From positions 62,001-95,961 of the forward strand of contig MEDX01000001.1 of NCBI GenBank assembly GCA_001724245.1: a stretch of DNA of 33,961 bases, in the 5' to 3' direction. Shown here in pieces: positions 1 through 11,939 of this stretch. A program made the position numbers and the translations under genes. The notes under the pieces were generated by a model. It was not told where the DNA came from. It saw nothing but the letters and a program-made list of their open reading frames with translations, and ran no database searches. Numbering within the stretch: the first letter of the stretch is position 1; every line of letters begins with the position of its first letter. Origin of the DNA: Fonticula-like sp. SCN 57-25 (Eukaryota).

Positions 1-3000
1 GAGTGTTACTTTCGCGAGTCTTTGCCTTGTGGCAGTAGCTTGTGTACCAAGGGATGCGAGCAGAGTGCTCGTCTACTGCTGGTGTCTGATGCAACGCACT
101 ACGTGATGCCCGACATCGACTCGCTGCACGACTACTCGCAGGTGTGGAATCTGCCGCAAACGACGGGTCTCATCGTCGTATTGACGGCGCTTTATTGGGT
201 ACGCGCCCGCTCTGTTTGCCCTGGCTTGGCTGACACGCGTACGCCCTGAAAGTTTGAGGAGCACGAGCGGTCGAGGTTGGCTCGGAGGCTGAGGGCGCTC
301 GCGCGCGATGCTCGGCGGAAAAGCGTCATTTTTTACAACGAAAACATGCGCAGCACATTTGTGGAGCGTGCGGAAGGCGAGTCGCAACATGACCGCAACG
401 TGCGCGCTATCATGGTCGCCGCGGGGTGGTACGCCGACCACCTCGACCAAAGGATGCCCATCGTTGTTGTGAGTAAGCGCGCCCCTGAGCTTAAATGCCC
501 CCCGGGAGTAAGGGCGCTCACCCTGGAGCAGTACCTTGCCGAATTCTATCCAAAGGCGGCCGAGCTTATCGATCTATGCGCGTCGATTACCTCTGCGTCG
601 ACCGCGAGCTATCCGCGAGAGTCGACCGGGTTCGCCAAATACTACGACGCGGCCACGCTCGACGCGGGCCTCAAGTCCAACCAATTTTACAAGTGCGCTT
701 TTGACGCAAACGTGAGTGATTCTGATGTATGCGATGTAGGGGCAAACTAAGCGTCTCGCAGCGCTCGCGCGACGTCGCCACCGTCACATGCGACTCTTTC
801 GTCGTGCTGATCCGAGGCCAGGCGGACAGGAACCGCGCCTGTGCGTTATGTCCGCCATCTGATTGTTACTGACTATACAATGACAGTGCACGACGACACG
901 GTTGTTGTCGAGATTTATGATAACAAGAGCGACACCGAGGCGCAAAAGCTGGACAGCGACGTTTCCCTGGACACGTCCGACGGTGCGCCTGCGGCCAATG
1001 CACCCACTATTGCTCATACCTCTTGCAGATGCTGTGTTGTTGGCATCCTCGCCACCGCTCGCCGGTCGCGTTGTTGGAGTCATGGCGCGTCGCGAAGACA
1101 CCAACCACGTCTGCACATTCTCGCTCGAGTCGCAGGCGGCGCAGACCGTGAACGTGCTTGCGGTCCCTATCGACATACGGATCCCGCCCATCCGCGTGCA
1201 CGTCAGCAACCCCGCCGAGTACTACGACAAGCGGGTCGTCGTGACGATTCGCGAATGGCCCGAGACGAGCCAGCTACCGGTCGGTTTCATCACCGCCTCG
1301 CTCGGTGGGATAGGCAGCATTGACGTCGAGCAGCGCGCGCTCCTTGTCAAGAATAACGTCAGCTTTGCCGACTTTAGCAAGGAGATCAAGCGCGAAATGT
1401 CGCTGCTCGAGAACTGGACAATCACCGAGGTGCGGCGAACCTGCTTTTGCTTTGTTCACTGACACCCTGCGTATAGGCGGACCTGAAGGAGAGGAAAGAT
1501 TTGCGCGAGTCGCACTTTGTTATGAGCATTGACCCCAAGGGCTCCATGGACGTCGACGACGCGCTGTCAGTATTGCCGCTTAAGAACGGCAACACGCTTC
1601 TCGGCGTGCACATTGCCGACGTGAGCGCCTTTGTAAAGGATGGCAGCGACACGGACGCCGAGGCCAAGGACCGCAGCACGAGCGTGTACCTTTCTGACCG
1701 GCGCATCAACATGCTGCCGGTGCTGCTTAGCGAGGAGCTCTGCTCGCTGCGCGGCGGCGTGGACCGCTTTGCCTTTTCCGTCTTGATCGAGGTGCGCCCA
1801 GACGGCACCGTCGTTAAGGCGGAGTTTGCCCCGTCCATCATCAGGTCTGCCGCGCAGCTCTACTACGAACAGGCGCAGGCCATCATCGACGGCGTGCCGC
1901 CGCCCGGCGACCTTGGTGCGTCGCCCGATGTCCTTTTTGTCGCCACTGACCACTCGGCGCTAGACGCGGCGTTTATTCGAATCGCCCGGGAGCCGCTTTG
2001 TCGTCTCCGCGACACTGCGCACGCTCTCGCCGATCAGCGCCTCAAAAAGGGCGCGCTTGTCCTCGCAAAGTCCGAGCTGCGGTTCAACGTGGCCGGCGAA
2101 GAGGTGCTCGGCGTCGTCGCCAAGCAGTCGCTCGACGTACACGGCGTCGTCGCCGAGTGTATGATTGCCGCCAACGTCGCTGTTGCCGAAAAGGTGTACC
2201 GGACATTCCCCACGACGTCGCTGCTGCGGTTCCATCCGCCGCCGGTCCCAGAGCGCTTTGCGGCCGTCAAGGTGATCCTGGACAAGGTCGGCGTCAAGCT
2301 CGACGTCACGTCCAACGCGTCGGTTGGCCAGTCGCTTGACGAGGCGGCGCTCAAGCACGGCGACCAAACACTCGACCAGCTCACGCGCAGCATTGCAGTG
2401 CGCGCCATGCAGCGGGCGCAGTACGTGTGCACGGCCGACAAGTCACAAGAAGACGTGACGCACTACGGACTCGGAGCTGACTTTTACACTCATTTCACGT
2501 GCGCTCTTCCTTTGTGGGCGATGCGTGTGGCTAATCAACCGTATTTTTATTGCAGGTCGCCCATCCGCCGCTATGCAGGTCCGTTGCCTCACCATTTTGA
2601 CCGCTTTGCTAATGTTCTGTTCAGATCTGACGGTCCACCGCATGCTTCGCGAGTGCCTCAAGGACAAGCCGCAGGGCCCAAGCGAGGAGGAAGTGCGCGA
2701 CCTCGCGCGCCATATGAACGAGCGGCACCACAGGTCGCGCATGGTGCAGATGGAGTCGAGCAACCTCACGCTCGCGCTCTACATCAAGAGCAGCAGCCGC
2801 GGCGCGCTGCACGAGGTCGAGGGCATCGTGTCGGGCGTGCTCCAGAACGCACTGAGCGTGTTTGTCCCGCAGTATGGTCTTATATGCTACGTGCCCCTGC
2901 AGGGCCCGCGCGCGCTCTCGCCGGCCGCCGCCAAGGATGGCGAGCAGAGCAGAGACGCGGCAAAGTTTTACCTGGCCGCCAGCATGGTGCCGGGCTGCGC

Positions 3001-3412
3001 GGGGTCGTACGCGTCGTTCGACCCCGAGCGTGTCACGTGTGAGCCAGAAGAGGGCAAGCTTGTCTTGCGCGCTGACGGCCGGCCCGACGTCACGTTTGAG
3101 ATTCTCAATCGTGTCGTACTCGGCCTCACCGTCGAAGAGTCGCGCGTGCGCCCGATCTCGATCCGAGCCGTACTCGTCAGGCACTCAGACGCGACGCACG
3201 TGCCGCCGACGGAGCGTCCCTCGGCAGCTACCACGCGAAAGATTATCAGGGAACACGAGGACGCCATGGCAAAGCAGTTGAGGATGCAGCGCGAGGCACT
3301 CGGCGGCCTCGACGACATGTACAAGTCAAAGGCCAACTCGCTTTATAACGTACTTGAGGGGTTCAGGAAGCTCTCTATTCAGCCGTCAATCCTCCATTCA
3401 TCAACCCACTAG
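1..3412 (+). CDS. DIS3L: DIS3-like exoribonuclease 1 (CR3-PIN-CSD-RNB-S1), 5' partial, 7 introns
   Basis: Spliced translation gives ECYFRESLPCGSSLC (CR3), THYVMPD...AAGWYADHLDQRMPIVVV (PIN), SIDPKGSMDVDDALS (RNB catalytic motif), HFT|SPIRRYA|DLTVHR across a 23-nt exon, and C-terminal NSLYNVLEGFRKL resembling the DIS3L tail; stop TAG 3410-3412. Confidence 0.88.
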
Positions 3413-3538
3413 AGAGCTTTATGCATTTCTATCTGTATTCATATTTGTCCCTTATTCATAATTGCTCCTATGTGGGCCAATACCTTTTTGTAGCTCCTAT
3501 TATAACAGATTTCAGTCAAAAATAGATTTCAGCCGAGA

Positions 3539-3550
3539 TTCCCGCCAAAA
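3539..3550. promoter_or_regulatory. E2F-like site TTCCCGCCAAAA
   Basis: Matches the E2F consensus (TTTTGGCGGGAA on the minus strand), about 100 bp upstream of the ATG at 3650. Confidence 0.4.
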
Positions 3551-3649
3551 CTGTGCCTACAGCACTGTGACAGGGTTGAAAGGCAGATCGCATTCCACTG
3601 AAACTTCGAACTCGCGAACTCGTGAGCAGCGCAGCGGGCATCATCGAAG

Positions 3650-4235
3650 ATGATCACGACAGCGCTCAAGGTGATCTTTACTATTGTGTGCTGCTGCCAA
3701 ATGGTGTGTCCTCCCGTGCATATTTACTTGTTGCTAACACGATCGTTGATATAGGCGCTTGTGCTGGTGAATCTGGTGTTTGGCATCATGGTTGGCGACA
3801 TGCTGGTATATATCGGCCTGGTTGACCTTGTGTTCCCGATCATGGCCTTGGTGTTTATCTACCGGTATGATCCTGACCGGCGCCGGTCATGCGCGTCGCC
3901 CCCCATGCTCATTGTTGTACGTCGGCCTGTTGCCTCTTTGGTGTGCTCACATCTTGCTTCCGCAGTACATGCTGTGGTGCGCGATTTGGATTGTGGTCGG
4001 CATCCTCCTCATCTTGGTGCGGGCCAACGTCTTTGTCTATGACTCGTCAAATTTCATCGCCGTTGCGCTCCTCGGTGCCCCGACGCATACGTCCGACATT
4101 CGCCTTGTCGTCACCAATGCAATTCAGCTTGGTCTCCAGGCGCTCGGCCTCGCCCTCGGTATCGCCACCTTCTGCGTCATGAACAAGCCCGCCGACGACG
4201 ATGAGGAGCGCAAGGGCGGAGGTGCGCTTTCCTAG
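3650..4235 (+). CDS. Small multi-pass membrane protein (about 161 aa), tentatively NKAIN-like
   Basis: Exons 3650-3703, 3755-3916, 3966-4235 joined by GT..CTAAC..AG and GTACGT..CAG introns; about 4 hydrophobic segments; acidic tail PADDDEE. Confidence 0.7.
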
Positions 4236-4400
4236 TCATATGATATATCGGCGACTAACACGTGTATTGGCAGACTCTGCCGGCGGCCGCGTCTTTTTGT
4301 AACATTTTGTGCTCGATCCCTATTTTTTGTTTGTTCGACTTTGTTACATTACTTTCTGTTCACGCATGCATACAATTTAACCTTACTTTATCGATGTCAT

Positions 4401-7400
4401 TCAGTCTGATATCTCGCGCAGGTCGGCTTCGGGCTGAGATGCGTCCATTTCGGGCAGAGAGGCATCCTTTTCGGGCCTTGTTGTTGCCGCACCATTCTCG
4501 CATGCATTTTCATCTGCCGCATCTGGGCCCGCGGCGATCTCGGTGGCCGCATGTCCATCGTCAACATCCCCCGATGCAACATCGGCCATCGCGTCGTCGT
4601 CTGCGCCGAGCGGTTCAGCAGTGTCTGCGGCGGCCGCCCCGGGCGCAGGCGCGTGGCGGTGAAAGACAAAGCCGGCCAGCTTGTCCCTGACGAGGTCCCG
4701 CAGAAACTGGTCCTCTACGTGTACACCCTCATAGTTTGTGGCGTTGATGTGCTGCCATTCGCGCAGCTTGTTCAGCGACGCAACAAGGTCCTCGTCGCGG
4801 CCCCTTCGAGCAGCGGCGACGGGGCCCTTCACGGCGCCGAGGCAGTCGCAGCCCATCAGGTCATGCGTCAGGCAGTCCACATTGTCCTGAAACGTAAAGA
4901 GATCCTTGAGGTCCTCCTTGGTAAAAGCCATCTTGACGCCTTGCTTTTCATCCTGTAGAGGTCTGTGAGCAACAATAGGGCATGCACAAAGGGCGTACGA
5001 TAACAGCGTCACTCAGAGCAATCTTGGAAAGCTGTCGCTGATATACCTTCTCCTCAATGCTACCTGTCGTGAGCAGGCGGTAGATGACGACGGGCCGCGC
5101 CTGACCTTCGCGCCAGATTCGCGCCATGGCCTGCAGATCAATGGCGGGATTCCAGTTGATATCGTAGAGGACAATGCGCGAGGCGCCGACTAGATTGAGA
5201 CCGACGCCGCCCGCGCGGGCAGACAATAAAAGGATAAAGTCGTCGCAGTGCTTGGAGTTGAACCGGTCAACAATCGCCTGGCGCTTATTGGTGGGCGTTG
5301 CGCCGTCGAGCCGCAGGAACGAATAGCCGTCCTCGCCGCACATTGTTTCAAAGACGTCCAGCGTCTGCGTGTAGGAAGATACAAGCACGACTTTTTCGCG
5401 CGTTTTGCCGCGCACAAGTTTCAAGAGCGAACGCAGCGCCATCAGCTTACCTATACATTTATGTGAGGAAGCCGAAAAGCACGTAAGTGCGCGCGTACCG
5501 CTATGCTCGCTGGAATCGACGCCCTCCAGTTTGCCGGCGAGGTCGTCGCGCAGCGCCTTGTAGGCCATCTGCTCAGGGCGACCTGCTTTGGTGGGCGTGG
5601 GCGCGTCGCCGTCGTCGTCGTCCCCAGCGCGTTCATCCTTTAGCAACTGCAAAGAATTGCAGAGCTTGCGCAGGAGCGTAAGGCAAAAGAGGTGCACGGT
5701 CGGCGAGCCAGCTGTGCCGGTGGCCATGCGAAACACCTGCGAGTTGATGACGTCGCGGTAGAGGCGCTTCTGGGCTTCAGTGGGCGGGCAGAACACGACA
5801 ACTTCGGCTGGCCATCATATGTCAGCAGACACATCACAGGCGATACAAACGTACTCTTGGCCGGCAAGTATTTTTTGTTGATGTCGTTGGTGCGGCGCAA
5901 GATAAACATGTTTGTCAAGCGCATGAGCTCGGCGGAGCGTCCCTCGCCGAGGGCCGTCTCCTCTGGCGTGCACTCCTTCTGGCGAGCAGCAACAATGGGG
6001 TCCTCAAACACCTTCTTGAACATGGCATAGTTGCCAAGGATACCTGGATTGATGACATCCACCATGGCAAAGAATTCACTGAGGTCGTTCTGTCGGGCCA
6101 GGTTAGTGTCTCAATATTAGCTACGTTGATGAGCGCACCTGAATGGGCGTTCCCGTAAGAATTACGCGCCGGTGAGTTGGAATGTCCCGAATCGCCTGCG
6201 ATATTTTTACGTTGGCGTTCTTGAGCTTGTGCCCTTCGTCGAAAATGGCCAGGTCAATCTTGGCAGCCTTCATCTGCTTGCTCATCGTTCGAAACTTTTC
6301 GTAGCCAATGATGAGGACAGAGTAGATGGACGAATTGATAAACTGGCCAATGTCGGACGAGTCGTAGTCAAGCGCAAATGTGCGCACGCGCTCGTCGCCA
6401 AGCCACCTCTTGAACTCGTTCTGCCAGTTTTTCACCAGGGTGGCCGGGCACACAACGAGGGCGCGACGCACGACCGGCTGCTTGGCAAAAGGCCCTTGCT
6501 CTGACGCGGTCTCGTTAGTAGAGAATCATACATATATTTATTGCGTACTTAGCAGCGTCCAGACTAGCGAGACTGTCTGAAGCGTCTTTCCGAGTCCCCT
6601 TTATGCCAGTGTTAGCGTTTGCAATATTGTCCGTATGCGCGTACATTTCGTCCGCCAAGATGGCGCCGTAACCGTCAAAGTCACGCATGCCCATCACGCA
6701 CTCGTACAAAAACGACACGCCTTCCCGCTGATGCGGGCGAAGAACATTGCCCAGCTTGGGGTCTATGACTACATCAACGACCTGGCGGCCCTGCCCGTGC
6801 GTGCGGATGTACGCGGCCGACGGGCGCGTAAAGACCAGCGCGTTGGGCGAGTTGGGATCGTGCCGGGGTTGCATCACACCAGCGCCCGCACCGACCGGCG
6901 CCGACTTGCGAGGAGAGTCGGTCGAGGTAGCGGACGGTGCCACATTCTCCTTGACTACGGAGGCCATGGGCCGCGACGGAGCCTTGGCGGCAGTGGGGGC
7001 TGAAACAGCGCTGCCTGCGCGCTTCCCGCCATTACTAAGGAAACACTTGCCGCTCTCGTACGCCTCGGCAGCAATTTTGCCCATAATCTACCCTGAATGA
7101 GCGTCGGTGCAAAATTACGGAGCGAGCATACCTCCAGGTGTTTCCCGCCAACTTGAATTGTCTCGCCGTCACCGAGCGTCGCCAGAGTGTTTGCGCCATA
7201 CGACGTTGTCGTCCCAATACTACATGTGCTCGTAAGCTTCAGAAAAAGCAATAAAAAAGAACGTACTCTTTCCCCTCCATGTCTTTGAGGGTGGCGCGAC
7301 CGCCCGACACCATCAGGATGGCGTCGCCCTCCCACTTGACATGCTGGCGATTGAGTTAGCATCCGCGCCCCGGCACAAACAGTGTGGCGTACTTTACGGT

Positions 7401-7650
7401 TCGCCGCCGCCGCCTTGCACCAGACCACAGAAAAGTAGAGGGACTTTGCCACCGCTGCGGGATCCGCCGGTGTTGCCGCCAAATTCGATGGCGCCGCCAC
7501 AACAGGCTTCACAGCATGGAGCAGCGGCCGGCTCGGTACAACACGCGGGGCCTTGGGCGCCGGGGGAGCAGCCGCGTCGGCCACGGGCTCCTTTGCTGTT
7601 TCAGCGTCCGGAAGCTGCCTTTTCAGCGACGGGGCATTCGATCGACGCAT
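4401..7650 (-). CDS. RAD54B: RAD54B/Rdh54-type SNF2 DNA translocase, 9 introns
   Basis: N-terminal MRRSNAPS and [19 protein letters not shown] typical of RAD54[46 protein letters not shown] helicase motifs. Confidence 0.93.
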
Positions 7651-7691
7651 GGTGAAGTGCAGATGCGGTGGCGACCGGTGAGCGAATTTGA

Positions 7692-7715
7692 TTCAAATTT
7701 TTGAATTTCCCGCGC
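7692..7715 (-). promoter_or_regulatory. E2F plus CHR-like element upstream of RAD54B
   Basis: Minus strand reads GCGCGGGAAA-TTCAAA-AA-TTTGAA, 42-65 bp upstream of the ATG at 7650. Confidence 0.6.
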
Positions 7716-7792
7716 ACATTGTCACAGCATTGTGGCAAGATTTTATAACAGATTGAAAAGATTACAACAAAATTGATGCAGCCGATGCGTAT

Positions 7793-9078
7793 TTAAAACC
7801 CTCCTGTTTCCTTCAAGAACCGCTCGTACTCGTCGTCCTTTTTCGGTGGCTGAGCAACCGGCTTTGGCGGTGGTGGCGGCGGCATTGTAACTGGTTTGCT
7901 CGGAACCGGCGGCGCATCCTTCCTGAGCGCGACGGCGCGCGGCACCAGCTGCGCCACCGTCGTGGTGACCTTGAGCAGCGGGGCGGAGGAAATCACCGCC
8001 GACTCTGCGCCTCCAGATCGAATGGCAGGCGGGCCCGGCGGCGGACGACTGGGCGGCGGCGGCGGCGGGAAGCTATGCAATACCGGCGCCGGCGGCTGGT
8101 TCATTGGCATACCAATCCGAGGGGGTTGGAATCCTTGCTGCGCGTGCGGAGCCTGCGGCAAAAGAACAGGCGCCACTGGTACCGCGAGCGGAGGCATACC
8201 TGCACGAGAAAGAAATGTTAGAGGCGCTGCTGGCGGAGCGTTCCTTGACGTACCGCCCATGGCAGGTGGTACAACGCCCGGGGGAAGGCCTTCAATACAG
8301 ACAGTCAGCAACAAAAAAGTACAGCAACAGAGTACGTACCAATTGGCATTGGTGGCCTTCCCATACCCGGTGGCATCGGCATCGGCGGCATGCCCGGCGG
8401 CATTGGTGGCATTGAGCCAACAGGGAAATTCATTGGAACGAATGGCATCGGCGGCATTGGCGGAGGTGCCGCGGCGACGCCGTCGTCTTCCGGGGGCATT
8501 TCGGGCAGCTCGTCGTCATCGTTGGAGGACTTGATCCCCCGCGCCTCGTTCATGAACTTTTGGCGAAGCGCTTCGGCTTCCTCCTCGGTGTACTCTTCAA
8601 AGTCGCGCTCGTCCTCCTCGTCGCTGTCGTCGCTGTCATCGTCCTCGCTATCGCCGGCGCCGGGGATGGACAAATCTGTTGTCCCGGCGCGCCGGCGCGC
8701 CGACTCGGGCAGAGCAGCGGCTTTGGGGAGGGCGCTGGCATCGCCCTTCTTCAGGCGGATGAGCTCCTGAAGCTGCTCCTCTAACCTCTCTCGCCGCGTC
8801 TTGGCGGCGTCTGCAGGGTCGCCCGCGGGACGCTCCATGTTCCGCGGACCGCTTGCACTGACGGCCGCGCGCCGCGCTGCACGTCGTTCAGCATTCTGCA
8901 CAAACCGTTAGCTATACCTTTACCTGATGCCAGAGCCGCACCTTTTCCTTTTCGCGCTTGCGCTGTGCCTTTCCTGTTCAGAGAGCCATCCACGTAAGCA
9001 AACAATAAACTAAACCAACTGCATTGGGCGCCACGCACGGAACTGATCTGCCGGGTTAATCGACTTTCCCTTGGTCAT
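7793..9078 (-). CDS. WBP11: WW domain-binding protein 11-like splicing factor, 3 introns
   Basis: MTKGKSINPADQF|RKAQRKREKEK|NAERR matches the Wbp11 N-terminal domain; acidic patch, Pro-rich middle, C-terminal KDDEYERFLKETGGF like the WBP11 tail. Confidence 0.82.
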
Positions 9079-9138
9079 GTCGCTGTCAGCACAGCCGCTA
9101 GACACGTCCTGAACAGTCGGTTACAAGCCGACCAAATC

Positions 9139-9154
9139 GCGCGGGAAATTTGAT
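9139..9154 (+). promoter_or_regulatory. E2F plus CHR-like element in the WBP11/BRC-protein divergent promoter
   Basis: GCGCGGGAAATTTGAT; the first 12 nt are identical to the RAD54B element and point toward the gene starting at 9208. Confidence 0.6.
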
Positions 9155-9207
9155 TTGGGTCGAATTGACAACGGGTGGCGCACACTCTCCGCTCCCGCTC
9201 GCCCGCG

Positions 9208-10178
9208 ATGGCAGTGTGCGACCGTCATGAAGCCCGCTGGGAAACCGTTTCAGAGGTGCGTTTTGCTCACTTTGCACATGTGTTTCTAACTTGCTGTGCT
9301 AGCCCTCGGGCATCTCGTGGGCCGAGCTGGTTGCGCGCGAAACATCAGATGGTGCATCGTCGGTTCCCGCCCAGCCCATCCCGTCGGCCAACCTGCCATT
9401 GAGCACATCGGCTGCCCCGGGCTCGGCCACGCAGAACCAACAAGAAAGCCAGGACTATTTTGCTTCTCAATCGGACGCGTTCTTTGACTCAAAGGCACTG
9501 GACGCGCTGATGGCCTGCCCACCTCCGCCGCCGGCAGCATCAGGTGAAGCATCGCGCAAGCGGAATGTGCCAGAGGAAGCCGAGTCGGATGACATGGTCG
9601 TTGACAGTGCCGAGCCCTCGACGCCCGGCTATAAGCGAGTGCAGACAACCCCACGTGCAGTGGAGTCGCACGGACGCGATTCTGTTGAGACGCTTCCGGA
9701 CGAAGCCTCGTCGCACAGCTCGGCCTCGCTAGGGGCCGCAGCCGAGCCGCCCGCGTCAATGCCCTTTTTCCAGTCGGCTCGAGGCCGGCCCATTGTTGTG
9801 CGCGAGGAGAATTTGGCGCGCGCAAGAGAGACGATCGCGAGGTTTGACCAGTTGAATAACGAGGAAGAGGTCCGCTCGCCCGTCACGCCGCGCGCGTTTG
9901 GGGCGGCGTCCTCGATTCGCCAGGCCAGTACCTTTTCGAGCGCGTCTACGGTGCAAATGGAGGACGACCATGACGACTTGAATGAATCGCCGATGGTGGG
10001 TTCGACCGGCGTGCCGTACTTTCCTCGCGTCGGCCTCACCCCGAACGCGTCGCGCGGCGGGTCGTCCGGGCTGGTCAGCCCGAGCCCAATGCGCCGCCCG
10101 GCGTTCTCGCCGCGCGGACGAGGTGGCGTTAGGCCCTTCCGGCCTCCGTCCCGCATTACGCCGTCTGGTAACAACTAG
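9208..10178 (+). CDS. Disordered 307-aa protein with a single BRC repeat and a C-terminal FxPP motif (BRCA2-like, no DNA-binding domain)
   Basis: Exons 9208-9255 and 9303-10178 (GTGCGT..CTAAC..TAG intron keeps frame); FQSARGRPIVVREENLARARETIARFD at about 9768-9848; RPFRPP at about 10131-10148. Confidence 0.75.
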
Positions 10179-10310
10179 CTGTGTGCTGTTTACCATTCAT
10201 TCTGCCTTTCCTTTTGGTGTACTCAACCCTAGTTTCGTTCGAATGCCACTACCCAACATACTTGTACTAAATAAACAACTTCATTTCGTAATAATAGTCA
10301 TACAGGGAAT

Positions 10311-11939
10311 CTAATCAATCTCAAGGTAACATGGGGCATCGTTGGGTATAGCGATCGCGCCGCGCACAAGCACACACGCCCGCGGGACGAAAGGCGTCGC
10401 GAACGATTGCCGCTCCACCCTTAGGGCCGCCTTTCTGTCGCGCGGTACACCCAGGCCCAAGTCAAGGAGGTGCGCCAGGGCGACGGACGCGGCGGGGTCG
10501 CGCGAGTCGGCGGCGCACGCAGCGTACAGACCCACGGCATCATTGTAGCGGCCCATCTCCTCGAACCGCCTCGCCAGCAACACAGCGGCGACGGCGCTGC
10601 CGCAGCCGGCCGCATGCTGAAGGTCGTCATAATAGGAGCTGTGTGCATCGTTCGACACCGCGGCCTCTGGCTTGTCACCAAAAGCTATCGTTGGAGAAAT
10701 GGGCCTAGAGGCCTCTTCCTCGCGAGGGCTTTCTACGATCTCCTGCTCGCTTTGCTCACTTTCCGGCGAGTTTGGTGACTCTTCCTCGGCGTCCTCCGGC
10801 TCGGGCAAAATGTCAGACGACAGTTGCGACCTGCTCAGCGACGGCGTCGGGTTGACAATGGCCGAAAGCAGCCCGCTATCGGTCTGGACGACCGAGGGCT
10901 GCGTCTGGCTGGCTGAATCCACCCGTTGGAGCACAATTTCGGGTACGCTTTCCTTCCTGGCGGCCGCCAAAGCCTTTTTTCGCTCAAGCAGGATTCGCCC
11001 AGCGGATCCCTCGGGGTCGCCAAACTCCTCGGCACGCTTGAACCACGCAAGCGCGCGGCCCTCATCCTGTGGGACTGCGTCGCACCGGCCCGTTACGTAC
11101 ATTGTCGCGATCGCGGATAGGGCAGCAGGGAACCCATTCTGTGCTGCCCGCTGCATCCAGAGGAGCGCCTCGTCGTCGTTGCGCTCGACGCCGCGGCCGT
11201 CCCGCAGCGCGCACGCCACGTAAAACATGGACGGCGTGTAGTGCCCCCGCGTCGCGGCGTCCATGTGCAGTCGCACCGCAGCCGTCGCGTCCCTCGAGAC
11301 GCCAACTCCGTGCGCCTTCATCTCGGCCAGCTCCGTCAGCGCGCGCACAAGCACGTCCCGCTCCTCGGCTGCGATCACGGCGGCCGCATTCGGGTAGATC
11401 TCGCACGGCGAACCGTCCGGCTCGACCAGGAGGCCGTGGTTCACGTTCTTGCTACCAAAGAGCGCAATTGCACGCCGATGTACCTCGGCGGCGCGCGAGT
11501 AGTGTGCGTGGTCGGCATGCAGGCGGGCGAGCACCGGGAGCGCCTGGATGCAACCCATGTCGGCCGCCTTGGTGAGCCACTGCGCCGCCTCCTTGTCGTC
11601 GGCATCCACGCCCCAGCCGTGCAGGTACATGAGCCCAAGGTTGCCTATTGAAGACGCCACCTTTTGCGCGGCGCCCCTACGGAACCATCTGATGGCCTCT
11701 GCATGGTTGCCCTCCACGGACTGGTAGTACAACCCGACGGTGGTCAGGGCCAGCGGCTCGCCCTCCTTGGCGGCCTTGAGCGACCACTCCAAGCCGGCCT
11801 TGGGGTCGCGCGGTACACCGTCGCCAAAGTGCAACGCCCTGCCTAGCCGCGCGCACGCCCGCGCGCTGCCCTCCTCGGCCAGCAGCCGAAGCTGCGCCAG
11901 CGCCGCTCCGGCCGACGCATCCTCCAACGCGGGCTCCAT
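10311..11939 (-). CDS. Sel1-repeat (SLR/TPR-like) protein, intronless
   Basis: Repeated LG.MY.hG.GV..D..EA..W..KAA..G units, acidic Ser/Pro linker, further C-terminal Sel1 repeats. Confidence 0.85.
   Translation of the reverse strand: MEPALEDASAGAALAQLRLLAEEGSARACARLGRALHFGDGVPRDPKAGLEWSLKAAKEGEPLALTTVGLYYQSVEGNHAEAIRWFRRGAAQKVASSIGNLGLMYLHGWGVDADDKEAAQWLTKAADMGCIQALPVLARLHADHAHYSRAAEVHRRAIALFGSKNVNHGLLVEPDGSPCEIYPNAAAVIAAEERDVLVRALTELAEMKAHGVGVSRDATAAVRLHMDAATRGHYTPSMFYVACALRDGRGVERNDDEALLWMQRAAQNGFPAALSAIATMYVTGRCDAVPQDEGRALAWFKRAEEFGDPEGSAGRILLERKKALAAARKESVPEIVLQRVDSASQTQPSVVQTDSGLLSAIVNPTPSLSRSQLSSDILPEPEDAEEESPNSPESEQSEQEIVESPREEEASRPISPTIAFGDKPEAAVSNDAHSSYYDDLQHAAGCGSAVAAVLLARRFEEMGRYNDAVGLYAACAADSRDPAASVALAHLLDLGLGVPRDRKAALRVERQSFATPFVPRACVLVRGAIAIPNDAPCYLEID

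Noticed and set aside
8040-8650. GGC/TCG/ATG-rich repeats
   Set aside because: They encode Pro/Met/Asp low-complexity regions of WBP11; not an independent repeat or array.
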